A DNA stretch of 64,000 bases from a virus (IMGVR_UViG_3300020473_000020:74060-138059); one strand, 5' to 3'. Positions 48,286-58,412 are shown, counted from the stretch's first letter. Notes: a model not told the origin generated them from the letters alone. A program made the numbers and translations.

Positions 48286-48847
48286 TGTACTAGCCCCACC
48301 AGTTACCATACGCACACATACCCAATAAAGCTGAACGGGTAACTCCCCCATCCGTTCAGCGTTACTAAAGTTGCTATAACAGCAGAACCCCCTAACTCTT
48401 CTGATGGTCACCTGAGCCATACCTAGTATAAGCACCCTGCTTGTCATGCTGGTTCTTAATCTGTTGTACAACCGTGTTATTTCAGCCCCTGATAAAGCAC
48501 TAAATGCAAACCTGCGCTATACGTTAATCATCCCTCAATCGCCTTGTGCTTTCGGAAAAAAGAATTTGAGAGCGCTAAAATCCATTATTAAATTGTAGCA
48601 ATGACCTTTAATTTATGGGTCTACATGCCACTTTGCAGTTTTTGTTTTGGTATTTTTGGATCACATTGAGTTTCTTTATTAGTAATAAAGAAACTTTTAA
48701 TGATCCTATATGTATCTATTATCGGTGGCGCGAGATTTTCGATGACCGAGCATCTTAATGGTGCAGAGTTCGGTTATTGTTGTACAACGATCATTAATGT
48801 GGTGACTGCTTGCTAAGAACTTTTTCGTGCTTTGTGGCTCAAAACCC

Positions 48848-48876
48848 TTGCAGTGCAGGTATTTATGGCATATTGT
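48848..48876 (+). promoter_or_regulatory. sigma70-like promoter with TTGTACAA over the -10
   Basis: TTGCAG-17 bp-TATTGT(ACAA). Confidence 0.55.
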
Positions 48877-48908
48877 ACAAGGGAACTTAATTACAGGAGT
48901 ATTACGAC

Positions 48909-51086
48909 ATGGCCGAACTTGAACTAAACAGTGGCATGTTAGACGGTGAAATGGGTAACGCCATTAAGAAGCTAATCACATCAGCAATGGTTGACGATTA
49001 CGATGGGTGTATCAAAGAACAAAACTCAGCTATCGCAATTCGTGGCCACATGATCAGTGACTTCACTAATGATGATGCCCCAATGGGATTCCCTACCTTT
49101 GATGACGTAGGGAACTTGAACTTATTGCAGTACCTAGATAAACACAAGATCATCAGCTTTGACGACCAAGTTGCTTTAGCGCTTGAGGTTCTGACTGATA
49201 AGGGCGGTAGGTTAAACTCGGCAGCACGTAAGCGTATTGCTAAGGAATGGTCGGGTAAATATGATGGTCACTCCCGCGAGCTTGAATTGGTATTAACGCA
49301 AGTACTACTTCACCCTAATGCGCGACTAGCTATTGTGGGCGGGATCCAAGATCAGAAGAACTGGCGAAGAGACCCTGTCGTAAAAATGCTTAGAGCTGGG
49401 CATAGTTGGTTAGGTTTAGATAGCAATATCGAGACTGTTAAGGGCTTCATAGAAAGCTATAAAACGGATGAACGCTACTGGCCGCTTGAGCTTTGGGAGA
49501 TTGCGGCCGTTGATGAATACGGTAGATCTGACAGCTTCGCAGCAAGTATAACTAATGCTTGTGAGGGGTATCTAAATACTTTGCTTGTAAAGGCTCGCAT
49601 TTTTAGCGACCTTACTGCAACACAGAAAAAAGGTCTGATCCTCGCACTTTACGCGATTAGTTCACTTCTATCGACACGAACTGTTATTGCCCCGTTCGAC
49701 GCTGCAATCCCTAAGCTAGATAGCTACATTAATTTTGGCCGCTTGCGTCACCATGGGTTATGCGACGCACAAGGAAAGGCTTCACCGATTTATGAAATTG
49801 CGAAAGGCGTAGCCTTGAACTTGGGGGAGTCCGTCGGCAGTAGTAAGGGTGAAATAATTTATGCAGGTATCAAGTCGATCATTGAAACTGTTGGTTATGA
49901 TATAAGCAAACTTGACGATTTGAAGGGGTCGATGCGTGCCTATTACGCTAGATTACTCACGGATCGCGTGGTTAAACTTGTGATGGAGATCGAGGACATC
50001 ATAGAGATTCTAGAGTCTCCCGACTGCCATTATGTCTTTTCCGACGAAGGGAAAACGTTCTTAAATGACCTCAGAGAAGACTTATTTACGTGGCTTAAAT
50101 ACTTACGGTCTGATGACATTAAAGAAGGTAATGACATCAGCAAGCTAAGCGTCGATGAGGCTGCGACTTACGATTACTGGGTCGGAAAATTCCGAGGTAT
50201 TCTTGCGGATAACCCGTATACAGAAACGTTTGCCGACCATCTTGCTTCTAGGAACCTCAACATTGAGAAGCTACAGCGTCAGGCACAAGAGGCCATAGTT
50301 GAAATGGACACTGAAACTCTTATGTCAGTAACTAAGCAACTAAACGAAGCTAAGACGGCCGCGCAGAGTATATTAATAGAGTTGTACAATCCTTTACGGC
50401 TTACTGAGGCAATGAAAGACGGCGCGCCAAAGAAAGAAGCCAGTCCCAAAAAAGGCAATGATGGCCATGACCAGCTACTGGATGACTTAGAGCATACGAT
50501 AGACACTCTTGAGGGTAAGCTTGCTGATGAGACAGAGAGCCGTAGTGCTTTAGGGAAAGAATTGGCCGAGGCAAAGCGTAATATAAAAGCGATGGAAAAG
50601 GCGTTGGCCGATGCCAGCGAAGATAGCAGCGATGCTTTCGTAGCACTACTTCGAGGCAGTACACCGCATGCGGTTGTCTCGTCATTCAAGGCACTCGCGG
50701 GTAATCACGTAGTCGTTTTAGATTCAGCTTTGGAATCTGCTAGTAAAAGTACGTTCAAAAACACAGCAAAGCTAATGGAAGCGCTGTCTATACTTTCTGA
50801 TGACTATTACAACCAGATCGTAGTCGAAGGTAAGCCCGATTCTGTTGCGAAGAATGTACTCGGTTTTGCTTACCGTGCGGGTGAGTCCGACACGACTATC
50901 GCAGTTCCTAAGCTACGTGCACAGCGTGAGTTCAAGTATGAAGGCGAAAATTACCTGTTCGTTCAGCACCTGACGCTAGGTACAAAGCGTGGTAACCAAA
51001 CGTCGATTCAAGTCCATTTCAAGATCATTGACAAGAAGCTTGTAATTGCGCGTGTTGGAACCCACTTAGAAGTATCGAGCAGCTAG
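48909..51086 (+). CDS. large helical/coiled-coil protein with possible RelE-like C-terminal domain
   Basis: 725 aa, AGGAG RBS; C-terminus QHLTLG...QVHF...LVIARVGTHL. Confidence 0.7.
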   Translation: MAELELNSGMLDGEMGNAIKKLITSAMVDDYDGCIKEQNSAIAIRGHMISDFTNDDAPMGFPTFDDVGNLNLLQYLDKHKIISFDDQVALALEVLTDKGGRLNSAARKRIAKEWSGKYDGHSRELELVLTQVLLHPNARLAIVGGIQDQKNWRRDPVVKMLRAGHSWLGLDSNIETVKGFIESYKTDERYWPLELWEIAAVDEYGRSDSFAASITNACEGYLNTLLVKARIFSDLTATQKKGLILALYAISSLLSTRTVIAPFDAAIPKLDSYINFGRLRHHGLCDAQGKASPIYEIAKGVALNLGESVGSSKGEIIYAGIKSIIETVGYDISKLDDLKGSMRAYYARLLTDRVVKLVMEIEDIIEILESPDCHYVFSDEGKTFLNDLREDLFTWLKYLRSDDIKEGNDISKLSVDEAATYDYWVGKFRGILADNPYTETFADHLASRNLNIEKLQRQAQEAIVEMDTETLMSVTKQLNEAKTAAQSILIELYNPLRLTEAMKDGAPKKEASPKKGNDGHDQLLDDLEHTIDTLEGKLADETESRSALGKELAEAKRNIKAMEKALADASEDSSDAFVALLRGSTPHAVVSSFKALAGNHVVVLDSALESASKSTFKNTAKLMEALSILSDDYYNQIVVEGKPDSVAKNVLGFAYRAGESDTTIAVPKLRAQREFKYEGENYLFVQHLTLGTKRGNQTSIQVHFKIIDKKLVIARVGTHLEVSSS

Positions 51087-51164
51087 TATTTCCCCGCTAT
51101 TAATAACAATACGTCGACCCCCACTGGTCGGCGTATTCACCTACCTTCAAACCTTACAATACGC

Positions 51165-51193
51165 TTGCAATAGTTGCCCTAAATCCCTAGAAT
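51165..51193 (+). promoter_or_regulatory. sigma70-like promoter
   Basis: TTGCAA-17 bp-TAGAAT. Confidence 0.5.
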
Positions 51194-51251
51194 AGCAGTC
51201 GATTTGAGACAAGACGTGTTAATTCGTCTGTAGATAAATTAGGAACTTAGT

Positions 51252-51452
51252 ATGGCGAAAACGCAAGGCACCAGCCTGCTTCATATTAACACCCTACGGT
51301 CATGGTCGACATCAGTATCAATTGAGGTCAACGGCGCGACTAAGTGGGTACATAAAAGACCAAAGGGACTAACCAGTTTTAGGGAACGTCTTAGCATTGC
51401 ATTTAAGGTATTCAAAGGGGAAGCTGATGCTGTCGTATGGGAACAACAATAA
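51252..51452 (+). CDS. hypothetical phage protein
   Basis: AGGA RBS; WV..RP...RL..AF.VF.G.ADA.W pattern. Confidence 0.6.
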   Translation: MAKTQGTSLLHINTLRSWSTSVSIEVNGATKWVHKRPKGLTSFRERLSIAFKVFKGEADAVVWEQQ

Positions 51453-51620
51453 CAATAACAATAACTATAATAACATAGTCGATGGTGTTGCTCGTATCTT
51501 CCTCGATAATCGCGATGACGACGACGTAAAAATCATTACAAAAATAAAAACAAAATTTCCTATGCTTTCGCATGAAGAAAGGCTAAAGGTTATGCGCCAA
51601 GTGGCTGAGAGGTTTTCGTA

Positions 51621-52076
51621 ATGGCAAAGAATTTCTCAAACTTTAGGCTAGTAAGGACGCAGGATTACCCTCTAGGTGCGCAAGCCCTTATAGACATAAC
51701 CAACCACGGCCAAACTCAGACAATTTTAATCAGGCAAGATACTTTAACGCTAAACTGGCACTATCTTTCTGGAAGTTCCAAAGAACTCCACCCATCGGTA
51801 CTTAATCAGCTTGAAATCCCCGACGACTTAACGAAGCCATTCTGGTATGATGCGCACGACGCTGACCTAGCTGGGTTCGCTAAATGGGTCTCAGACGCGA
51901 CTGCATCTTTGGCACGTCAACTAGAGGCCAATGAAGAGAATCTTGCTGGGTTACGCCGTATCGGGTCTGATGACCTAAATAAGCGCATTCTTGAGTTAGT
52001 AGCAGAAAGAGAACTACTGAGAGGTGCAGTACGTGAATTAATGGGAGCACTGTCGCAGGTAAGCTACCCACTATAG
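51621..52076 (+). CDS. hypothetical protein
   Basis: GAGG RBS. Confidence 0.6.
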   Translation: MAKNFSNFRLVRTQDYPLGAQALIDITNHGQTQTILIRQDTLTLNWHYLSGSSKELHPSVLNQLEIPDDLTKPFWYDAHDADLAGFAKWVSDATASLARQLEANEENLAGLRRIGSDDLNKRILELVAERELLRGAVRELMGALSQVSYPL

Positions 52077-52081
52077 GATGT

Positions 52082-52315
52082 ATGAGAAATATCGAGCTTA
52101 TGCCTGATTCGAAGTCGGGCACTCGTGTTGTATTCACACACCCCACGTTCGCTTTTATTGACCAGCACTTACAAAACGGACGTGAGTACCTAAAGCGTGA
52201 TGGTGTGTATACAGTACACACGATAGACGGTGATGATGCCACCGCAGCTGTAGAGCTAAAAGAGTTCATCGGAGTCAAATTCGCGCTTACGCAATTTGAT
52301 GAATTAGAGACTTAA
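52082..52315 (+). CDS. hypothetical protein
   Basis: AGGA RBS, operon context. Confidence 0.55.
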   Translation: MRNIELMPDSKSGTRVVFTHPTFAFIDQHLQNGREYLKRDGVYTVHTIDGDDATAAVELKEFIGVKFALTQFDELET

Positions 52316-52328
52316 TCGAGACTGAGAT

Positions 52329-53183
52329 ATGAAACCAATACTGTGTATCTACCATGATCACTGTACCGATGGGTATGGCGCTGCATGGGTTGTACAACGC
52401 AAGTTCGGTGTTGAGAATGTGGAGCTTTACGGTGGAACGTACATGCGCCCAGCACCGCCTGTAGAGTTATACAAAGACCGCACTGTCTACCTTGTAGACT
52501 TCTCGTATAAACGCGATGTTCTGAAAAAGATTGCCGAGCAAGCCAAAGAAGTAATTATATTAGACCACCATGCAACGGCCGAAGCTGATATTGCACCATT
52601 GATTGCTGATGGAACCGTAACAGGCTGTTTCGCTAAAGAAGAGTCAGGTGCCCTGCTAACTTGGAATTATCTATTTGCGGGCTTCCCAGCGCCTCGGCTT
52701 ATTCAGCACCTGTCGGATCGTGACTTGTGGACTTTCAAACTCCCGAACACAAAGGTAATTGTAGAAGCCGTAATGTCATACGATTATGACTACGACACTT
52801 GGACAGACCTAATGCACGAACCGTTATCTAACCTTATAGAGATCGGCGAACGGTTATACGCAATGAAGCTTAAAAATGCGAAGGACATCATTGATTCTAA
52901 TACGCTTCTTGTTGAGTTCGAAGGCTCATTGGTGCCGTGTGTAAACATGCCTTACCAGTGGGTTTCAGACGGTGCCGAGTTTCTAAAGGATGACTACGAT
53001 TTCGTCGTATTGTTTACGGTCGAGCGAGAGCATGTGAAGTTCTCATTAAGGTCAGCCAAAGGTAAAACTGATGTTAGTGAGATAGCATTGAAGTACGGCG
53101 GCGGTGGCCATAGAGAGGCCGCTAGCTTTAGCCTAGCTAAAGACGACTACTTAGTTCGTCGTCTAGTGCTGGGCAGCTATTAG
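52329..53183 (+). CDS. DHH/DHHA1 phosphoesterase
   Basis: YHDHCTDG, VDFS, LDHH, SGA, DRDLW, FSLRS, GGGGH. Confidence 0.9.
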   Translation: MKPILCIYHDHCTDGYGAAWVVQRKFGVENVELYGGTYMRPAPPVELYKDRTVYLVDFSYKRDVLKKIAEQAKEVIILDHHATAEADIAPLIADGTVTGCFAKEESGALLTWNYLFAGFPAPRLIQHLSDRDLWTFKLPNTKVIVEAVMSYDYDYDTWTDLMHEPLSNLIEIGERLYAMKLKNAKDIIDSNTLLVEFEGSLVPCVNMPYQWVSDGAEFLKDDYDFVVLFTVEREHVKFSLRSAKGKTDVSEIALKYGGGGHREAASFSLAKDDYLVRRLVLGSY

Positions 53184-53184
53184 G

Positions 53185-53478
53185 CTAGTCTTTAACGAGC
53201 TTAGCGATTAGGTCAGACTCGACAATGATTATGGCCTCTTCGCCATCTATGGTCTCTTTATGAGGTCTGTATGGCTCGTGAAAGACTACAGTATCGCCTT
53301 CCTGCACGCACACAGGGCGAACGTTACCATTATCAAGTAACTTGCCAGCGCCGACGGCAAGAACAACACCACGGTTTGATACAGTCTGCATAGCTTGCGG
53401 TAGGATTAGATTTGATTTCTGAGGGTCGACAGTTAGTCGCTTTATTAAAATTTGGTCGTGTAACGGTATGACTTTCAT
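53185..53478 (-). CDS. groES: GroES-like co-chaperonin
   Basis: PLHDQILIK, LILP, GVVLAVGAG, V.EGD.V, IDGEE, ESDLIA; ATG at 53478. Confidence 0.9.
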   Translation of the reverse strand: MKVIPLHDQILIKRLTVDPQKSNLILPQAMQTVSNRGVVLAVGAGKLLDNGNVRPVCVQEGDTVVFHEPYRPHKETIDGEEAIIIVESDLIAKLVKD

Positions 53479-53525
53479 GCGCGTTGTCTCAATTAGGTAT
53501 TTAACGCGCATTGTACAATGGTTTT

Positions 53526-54146
53526 CTAGTTGGCGGAAGTCTGCCTCGCTTTCTCTTCCTCAATAACGGCTTTAATGCCTTTTCGATAGATGTGCCCCAT
53601 TACGTCAAGCTCAACGGCAGAGAATACATCTTCATCGCGCTTAACAAAATAAAAGCTACTCGAAGGACAGGCACCACCCTTTTCTATGTCAATCCCCTCG
53701 ACCTTATACAAGCCGTGGCTAGTACGGCCATTGGGGTCTATAAGCCCTGTTAGCCTTGTAATAGTGCTATCTTTCGTCGGAATACAACAGACCATAAACG
53801 TTTCTTCTGTACCACATCGTTGAGTCTTTATATTGCCATATATATCTATCACTGCTCCATCAGCGTCCAAGTATGAAGTGATTTCTAGGTCTTCTAGGTA
53901 AGCGCCTTTCACTACGTGCGGTGCATGTAACGGTACCGCATATTTGTTGATATAGTTCAGCACAATCGCTTTATCATCAGAGTCTAATCCTTTTGTGTAG
54001 GATGACTCTGTCGGCATGCCAGCGGGTGGCATTGCTACGGCTTTAGTGAATTGAACGGTTGGTTCATCATTACGGTCGTCATCAGTGAAGTCGCAGGCCG
54101 TCAGCGCGAAGGCTGACAGGCAAAGTAATACGGCTTTTTTCATCAT
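53526..54146 (-). CDS. putative lipoprotein
   Basis: MKKAVLLCLSAFALTAC lipobox. Confidence 0.7.
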   Translation of the reverse strand: MMKKAVLLCLSAFALTACDFTDDDRNDEPTVQFTKAVAMPPAGMPTESSYTKGLDSDDKAIVLNYINKYAVPLHAPHVVKGAYLEDLEITSYLDADGAVIDIYGNIKTQRCGTEETFMVCCIPTKDSTITRLTGLIDPNGRTSHGLYKVEGIDIEKGGACPSSSFYFVKRDEDVFSAVELDVMGHIYRKGIKAVIEEEKARQTSAN

Positions 54147-55030
54147 TAAATCTTCTCTTTCCGTTGTTGGATTATTTGTTTAATTCTTGGGTCGTCTAGG
54201 ATCCTGTGTACTGGAAGACCCAAGCCCTTATAACTGTCGATCTGCTTGCCCTGCTTGCCTTGGCCTGTACGACTCTTGAAAACAACTTTGTAGGGCTTGT
54301 CATAATAGTCATCTACAGACATGTCACCTGAAAGTGTCTTCATAACGATGTAATTAACAAGCTTGTCGCCCATATCACGCCAGTACTCACCGTCACTATC
54401 GTAGGCAGCTTGCCATTCTACAGCGACCTCACCGTTAATGACAACCTGACGCCACTGTTCAGCGATTAGAGTGCGGTACTTGGCGGCTGCTTTCTCTTCA
54501 CGCTCGGCTTTACGTGCTGCTTTCTCTTCATCGGCTTTCGCTTTTTCGGCTAGCTTGGCGTCACGCTCGGCTTTTTTCCGTGCTTTTTCTTCGGCGGCCT
54601 CTTTAATCAAGTCCACCTCGTAAGTTTCGCCCAGTGACCAGCCTTCCTTTCGTTCTTTTAGGCGATTAATTTCTGTCGGAATAGCGTGCTCGATCTGACT
54701 TTCAATACTACTAACACGGCGACGAGCACTACGTAACTCACGCACAGAAGCGCTATCATCATTTTCAAGGCGAGAAACCTCCGACAAGGCTTCCTCAAGT
54801 ATGCGGGGCATCGTTACTTCTAGGTATTGGATAAGTTGGCCAATGGTCTGTTGGATTAAGGCAGGAGCGTCTTCATGACCGTAGTGCACATTATCTGACC
54901 CTGCACAAGCGCCGTTGAATTGTTGCCAATCGACGGTGTACCCATGCTTGGCCATTAGGTTACCACGAACAGCTTGGTCTCTTCCGCAAATAGCGCAGGT
55001 TCCTCGGTGTTGTATTCTAGTATCGGTCAT
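54146..55030 (-). CDS. zinc-finger/coiled-coil hypothetical phage protein
   Basis: GTCAICGR...KHGYTV...GACAGS followed by a charged helix. Confidence 0.7.
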   Translation of the reverse strand: MTDTRIQHRGTCAICGRDQAVRGNLMAKHGYTVDWQQFNGACAGSDNVHYGHEDAPALIQQTIGQLIQYLEVTMPRILEEALSEVSRLENDDSASVRELRSARRRVSSIESQIEHAIPTEINRLKERKEGWSLGETYEVDLIKEAAEEKARKKAERDAKLAEKAKADEEKAARKAEREEKAAAKYRTLIAEQWRQVVINGEVAVEWQAAYDSDGEYWRDMGDKLVNYIVMKTLSGDMSVDDYYDKPYKVVFKSRTGQGKQGKQIDSYKGLGLPVHRILDDPRIKQIIQQRKEKI

Positions 55031-55215
55031 TTTGTTCTCACATAGTGATTTATCGGTTAGTTGTACTTTAACGTATCGTGGTACACGATGTCAAACGTTG
55101 TACAATAAAAGATGTCTAACCAGTTACCCTGTAGGGTATTAGCCATTAAAGCTATACCACTGCCATGCGTCTTTAAAGTGTTTCGCGAACTCATGCTAAC
55201 TATTCCACCTAAAAA

Positions 55216-55245
55216 AAGACCTCATACCTGAAAGGCATGAGGTCT
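55216..55245 (-). terminator. intrinsic terminator after the lysis/structural cluster
   Basis: AGACCTCAT...ATGAGGTCT with a T-tract on the minus strand. Confidence 0.65.
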
Positions 55246-55267
55246 CATTCACAAGAGGTTCGAGCTA

Positions 55268-55816
55268 TTACGCTGCGCGAACGGCCTCGTAACAAAGGTG
55301 GATCTTATCACCTGCCTGTGGGGCATCAGTGAAGGTCACCGTCTGTGAGGCTTCATTGACAGTGATGTCTGGGTTGAAGTCGGCCACACCGTTCTTGTAA
55401 ACCATCACAGAGCCTACTCGCGGCTCATTCGCAATAGTGAACACCGTGTTAGCTCCGTCAGTTGCACCGCCTGCTAGCTCGCCTCGAACTAGGTCAACTT
55501 CCTTGATAAAACCCGTGTCGCTTTCAATTGCTGAAATACGAGTGTCATGGTTGGTTAACTGGTTAGTTACTGTAGAAGCGAAGTTAGCATCGTCAGCAAG
55601 GGCTGCTGCGAGTTCGTTTAGCGTATTAAGCGCGTCAGGTGCACCGCCGACTAAGTCAGTAATTTGTTGGTCAACATAAGTGATGTCGGCCTTATTAGTA
55701 TTTAGTGCTGTAATATCTGTAGCAAACTTTACTAAATCGGCCTCAAAAGATGAGTCAACAAGAGAACGGTTAATCGTAGCTGGGATAACCTGCGTATTCG
55801 CGCGAATTTTAGACAT
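55268..55816 (-). CDS. tail-fibre-like virion protein
   Basis: LVGGAPDALNTLNELAAALADDANFASTVT tail-fibre motif; C-terminal DG..TVFT...VYKNGV...VTF..AP..GD beta domain. Confidence 0.7.
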   Translation of the reverse strand: MSKIRANTQVIPATINRSLVDSSFEADLVKFATDITALNTNKADITYVDQQITDLVGGAPDALNTLNELAAALADDANFASTVTNQLTNHDTRISAIESDTGFIKEVDLVRGELAGGATDGANTVFTIANEPRVGSVMVYKNGVADFNPDITVNEASQTVTFTDAPQAGDKIHLCYEAVRAA

Positions 55817-55918
55817 ATATGAGTCTCCATAAAAATTTTAGGAATCCACTCAGTCTCAATGTCTCAAGGAATGAGGCTGTACAAAGCGCGAGCCTTGTAC
55901 AACCATTAGGTAATAATA

Positions 55919-56224
55919 CTATGCGGTGAGAATTGCATCAATGACGATTTCATCGCCAGCCGTCAAATCTGTTCGAGGTAGCTTAGTCACAAAGGTTACA
56001 CTTCCCTGTAGGACAGGGAGTGCATAGTCTTTTACAGGTGTCATACGCAACCCGTTTAAAGTTGCAACGACCCCCGCGTCTTTTTGCAAAAGACCACCAA
56101 GCGGTATTTGTATTTCGGCAGAGTCATCGTCACTGACCGTGTGTTTTAGCTGCACGGTCTTTAGTGACTGGCCATCACCACCACCCGAACCGTAGAACTG
56201 TTGTGCGATGTTATTTGAAAGCAT
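55919..56224 (-). CDS. hypothetical (putative virion) protein
   Basis: LNGLR...DY...L..GDEI beta-domain pattern resembling the adjacent gene. Confidence 0.55.
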   Translation of the reverse strand: MLSNNIAQQFYGSGGGDGQSLKTVQLKHTVSDDDSAEIQIPLGGLLQKDAGVVATLNGLRMTPVKDYALPVLQGSVTFVTKLPRTDLTAGDEIVIDAILTA

Positions 56225-56235
56225 ACGACCCCCAG

Positions 56236-56658
56236 TTATTGGATTAAGCCACTAACAGGCTGATAAGCATTTAGTGACACCCAAAATGATAGACTGTCAG
56301 CATTACCTTCCCCATCATCAGTACCGTCAAGTAGTTCAGCCTGTACTGTGATCATTCGCTCGTTAGAGGCAACTGGTACAGGGATTCTAAAAGCCCCTGC
56401 AAGAGCAACGTCGATCACCATAGGGACAACAGTAGCGCCGTTCATGGTTGACATTACGAAGGGCTTACCATCGTTTACGGAAGGGTCAGACATAAGCATG
56501 GTCAGTTTCACGCTTGCGCTAGGTGATACCTTCTTAAAATCCACGTAGACCATCAGCTGTTCTTTACCGTGGGTATCGGCTTGGATGCTAAGCTTAGGGT
56601 CAGTCGTCGTCGTCTCGTCAAATTTACCTGAGCTGTTCAGAGTGTGAGCTGTAATCAT
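56236..56658 (-). CDS. hypothetical beta-rich (putative virion) protein
   Basis: Operon context. Confidence 0.55.
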   Translation of the reverse strand: MITAHTLNSSGKFDETTTTDPKLSIQADTHGKEQLMVYVDFKKVSPSASVKLTMLMSDPSVNDGKPFVMSTMNGATVVPMVIDVALAGAFRIPVPVASNERMITVQAELLDGTDDGEGNADSLSFWVSLNAYQPVSGLIQ

Positions 56659-56685
56659 AGTTCAGTTCTCAACCTTATAGTTTAG

Positions 56686-57060
56686 TTACACGTCGGTTAC
56701 GTCGTCTGCTAAGTAGGGCTTAGACATAAGCGGCTGCTTCTTGCTTATACGTACAAACACTACGTCAGTGAACGGGTAACGCTGTTCGCTGTCAGATAGT
56801 GATACCCAAACGTTTCCTGATGGGAATACACTGTCGATCACACCACCATCAGCTAGCTTAATGTCGTGTACGAGCGCCGCCGTTGTTTCGCTATTACACG
56901 AACTCGCGGAGACCCAACCGAATAAGTAATGTGCCATTGGGGCATGCTGTGATATTAAATCTTCGTAAATCGCTGAGGAATTATCAAAGTCTGTCTCAGT
57001 GATGCTGCTAATATTATACGCTGTTTTCATGGTTAAAGTCGTCCATTTATTTCTTGTCAA
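56686..57060 (-). CDS. hypothetical protein
   Basis: Follows the endolysin; start likely at 57030 (MKTAYN). Confidence 0.55.
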   Translation of the reverse strand: MTRNKWTTLTMKTAYNISSITETDFDNSSAIYEDLISQHAPMAHYLFGWVSASSCNSETTAALVHDIKLADGGVIDSVFPSGNVWVSLSDSEQRYPFTDVVFVRISKKQPLMSKPYLADDVTDV

Positions 57061-57574
57061 GGTTCAAGACAAATTGCTGTAGTCGGTACGTGCGGCGAAG
57101 CCAGCCACGTAAATATTTTTGTTGCGAAGGTTTGAGCCGAGCCAGACGGCTATAGAACATGGCGCGATAAGATAAGTAATCGAGTACTAGTCGCTGCTCA
57201 CCATGGTAGGCCAAGTGTTTTTTCAGTGCAGCGTGTGAGCCTCGGCCAAAGATGCCGTCGGCAGATGTCTTAATTGTGCGCTGTAAGAATCGGGTAGCAC
57301 GCGAGACACCCATATTCACGGCTGAATCAAATACGTGACAGGCCAGCTCAGTAGGCATTTCGTTACATTTTGCTTTGAGGAAGTAGTCTTCGTAGTAGAT
57401 GTGTTTTGCGTCGTCGACGGTTAGCGACTTAATGTCTAACGTAGGATAGGCTCGTTGGGAAATTCCGTATTTTGTTAGACCGCCCGAATCATGAGCGTCG
57501 TTGCTAAGATAGCCTTCAAATTCAAGCAATACCTTGAAGACATCATCAAAGACCTTGGGGTAAGATCGCGTCAT
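57047..57574 (-). CDS. GH108 lysozyme (endolysin) with peptidoglycan-binding C-terminus
   Basis: EGY.ND.HD.GG.TKYGI, IY...Y, FDSAVNMG, ADG.FG, GW..R. Confidence 0.92.
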   Translation of the reverse strand: MTRSYPKVFDDVFKVLLEFEGYLSNDAHDSGGLTKYGISQRAYPTLDIKSLTVDDAKHIYYEDYFLKAKCNEMPTELACHVFDSAVNMGVSRATRFLQRTIKTSADGIFGRGSHAALKKHLAYHGEQRLVLDYLSYRAMFYSRLARLKPSQQKYLRGWLRRTYRLQQFVLNLDKK

Positions 57575-57730
57575 AGTGACCTCTCTTGAATGTTAACGTT
57601 ACATAGCGCGAGGCTACGGGTACCGCAGTCAACATAAAGCTTTTAAGCTTACTCAGGTCACAGAACTAAATAGTATGAGTTCGTCTCATTACTGAATTGT
57701 ACAATGAATACGAACTCATTGGAAACTGTC

Positions 57731-58222
57731 TTAGGCGTTAGGGTTGGGCTTTATTTGTCCCGCTTTGCGTAACGCCCATAAATGACGCTCTTTTTGTTCA
57801 TATAATTTTTTTGCTTGCACCTCAATTTTTCGAACTGACCAGCCACGCTCTCGCCACTTTTCAAAGACCTCAAGTGTTATGCCGAATGCCTCGGCTAATT
57901 GGCTGGCCTCGTGTAAGCCCCGCTTGTACTTTAACCAGACAAGCGGCTTATGGCTGTTAACGCGCCGCGATGAAATCCAATACACGTTAGACCAGACATA
58001 GCCCAACTCGGGCTTCCTGAGTACGATCTGGTAACCAGTAGGCATGGGTGGCTCGCCAACATCAGCTTTGAACTGTTCAAATGAGTCACGCCATGAACGC
58101 TGAAAGGGGATCCCCTCTTTCTCTGCCTTACGCTTTAAGTGGTACCAAGCCCGATACTCAGGGGTATGTGATAATGGCACGGATTTACCTAAATCCATGT
58201 CTGCCAGCACATTTAATCGCAT
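57731..58222 (-). CDS. degenerate HNH-endonuclease-like protein
   Basis: PEYRAW..LK, W.DSFEQF.AD.G..P and GY...NV.W scaffold, but the usual DRID core reads VLRK; C-terminal HTH-like segment. Confidence 0.55.
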   Translation of the reverse strand: MRLNVLADMDLGKSVPLSHTPEYRAWYHLKRKAEKEGIPFQRSWRDSFEQFKADVGEPPMPTGYQIVLRKPELGYVWSNVYWISSRRVNSHKPLVWLKYKRGLHEASQLAEAFGITLEVFEKWRERGWSVRKIEVQAKKLYEQKERHLWALRKAGQIKPNPNA

Positions 58223-58383
58223 ATTTATTACTCAAATCACCGTTTCGATTAAAAATATTTTACATTAATTTTTGGCTATTAAAAAGCTCGCAATCCCGCG
58301 TGTATCAAGGGTTTTGGATGCACGCACTTTTGTGCGCGCACATGGGGTGGTCTGTTTGTGTTGTTATTTTTTGTGGATTGGGG

Positions 58384-58412
58384 TTGCGCGTCGTCGCTGC
58401 ATACACTAGTAT
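58384..58412 (+). promoter_or_regulatory. sigma70-like promoter of the par operon
   Basis: TTGCGC-17 bp-TAGTAT. Confidence 0.45.

Noticed and set aside
48658-48706. Protelomerase target (telRL)
   Set aside because: Odd-centred palindrome and no protelomerase gene nearby; known targets have an even, perfect core.
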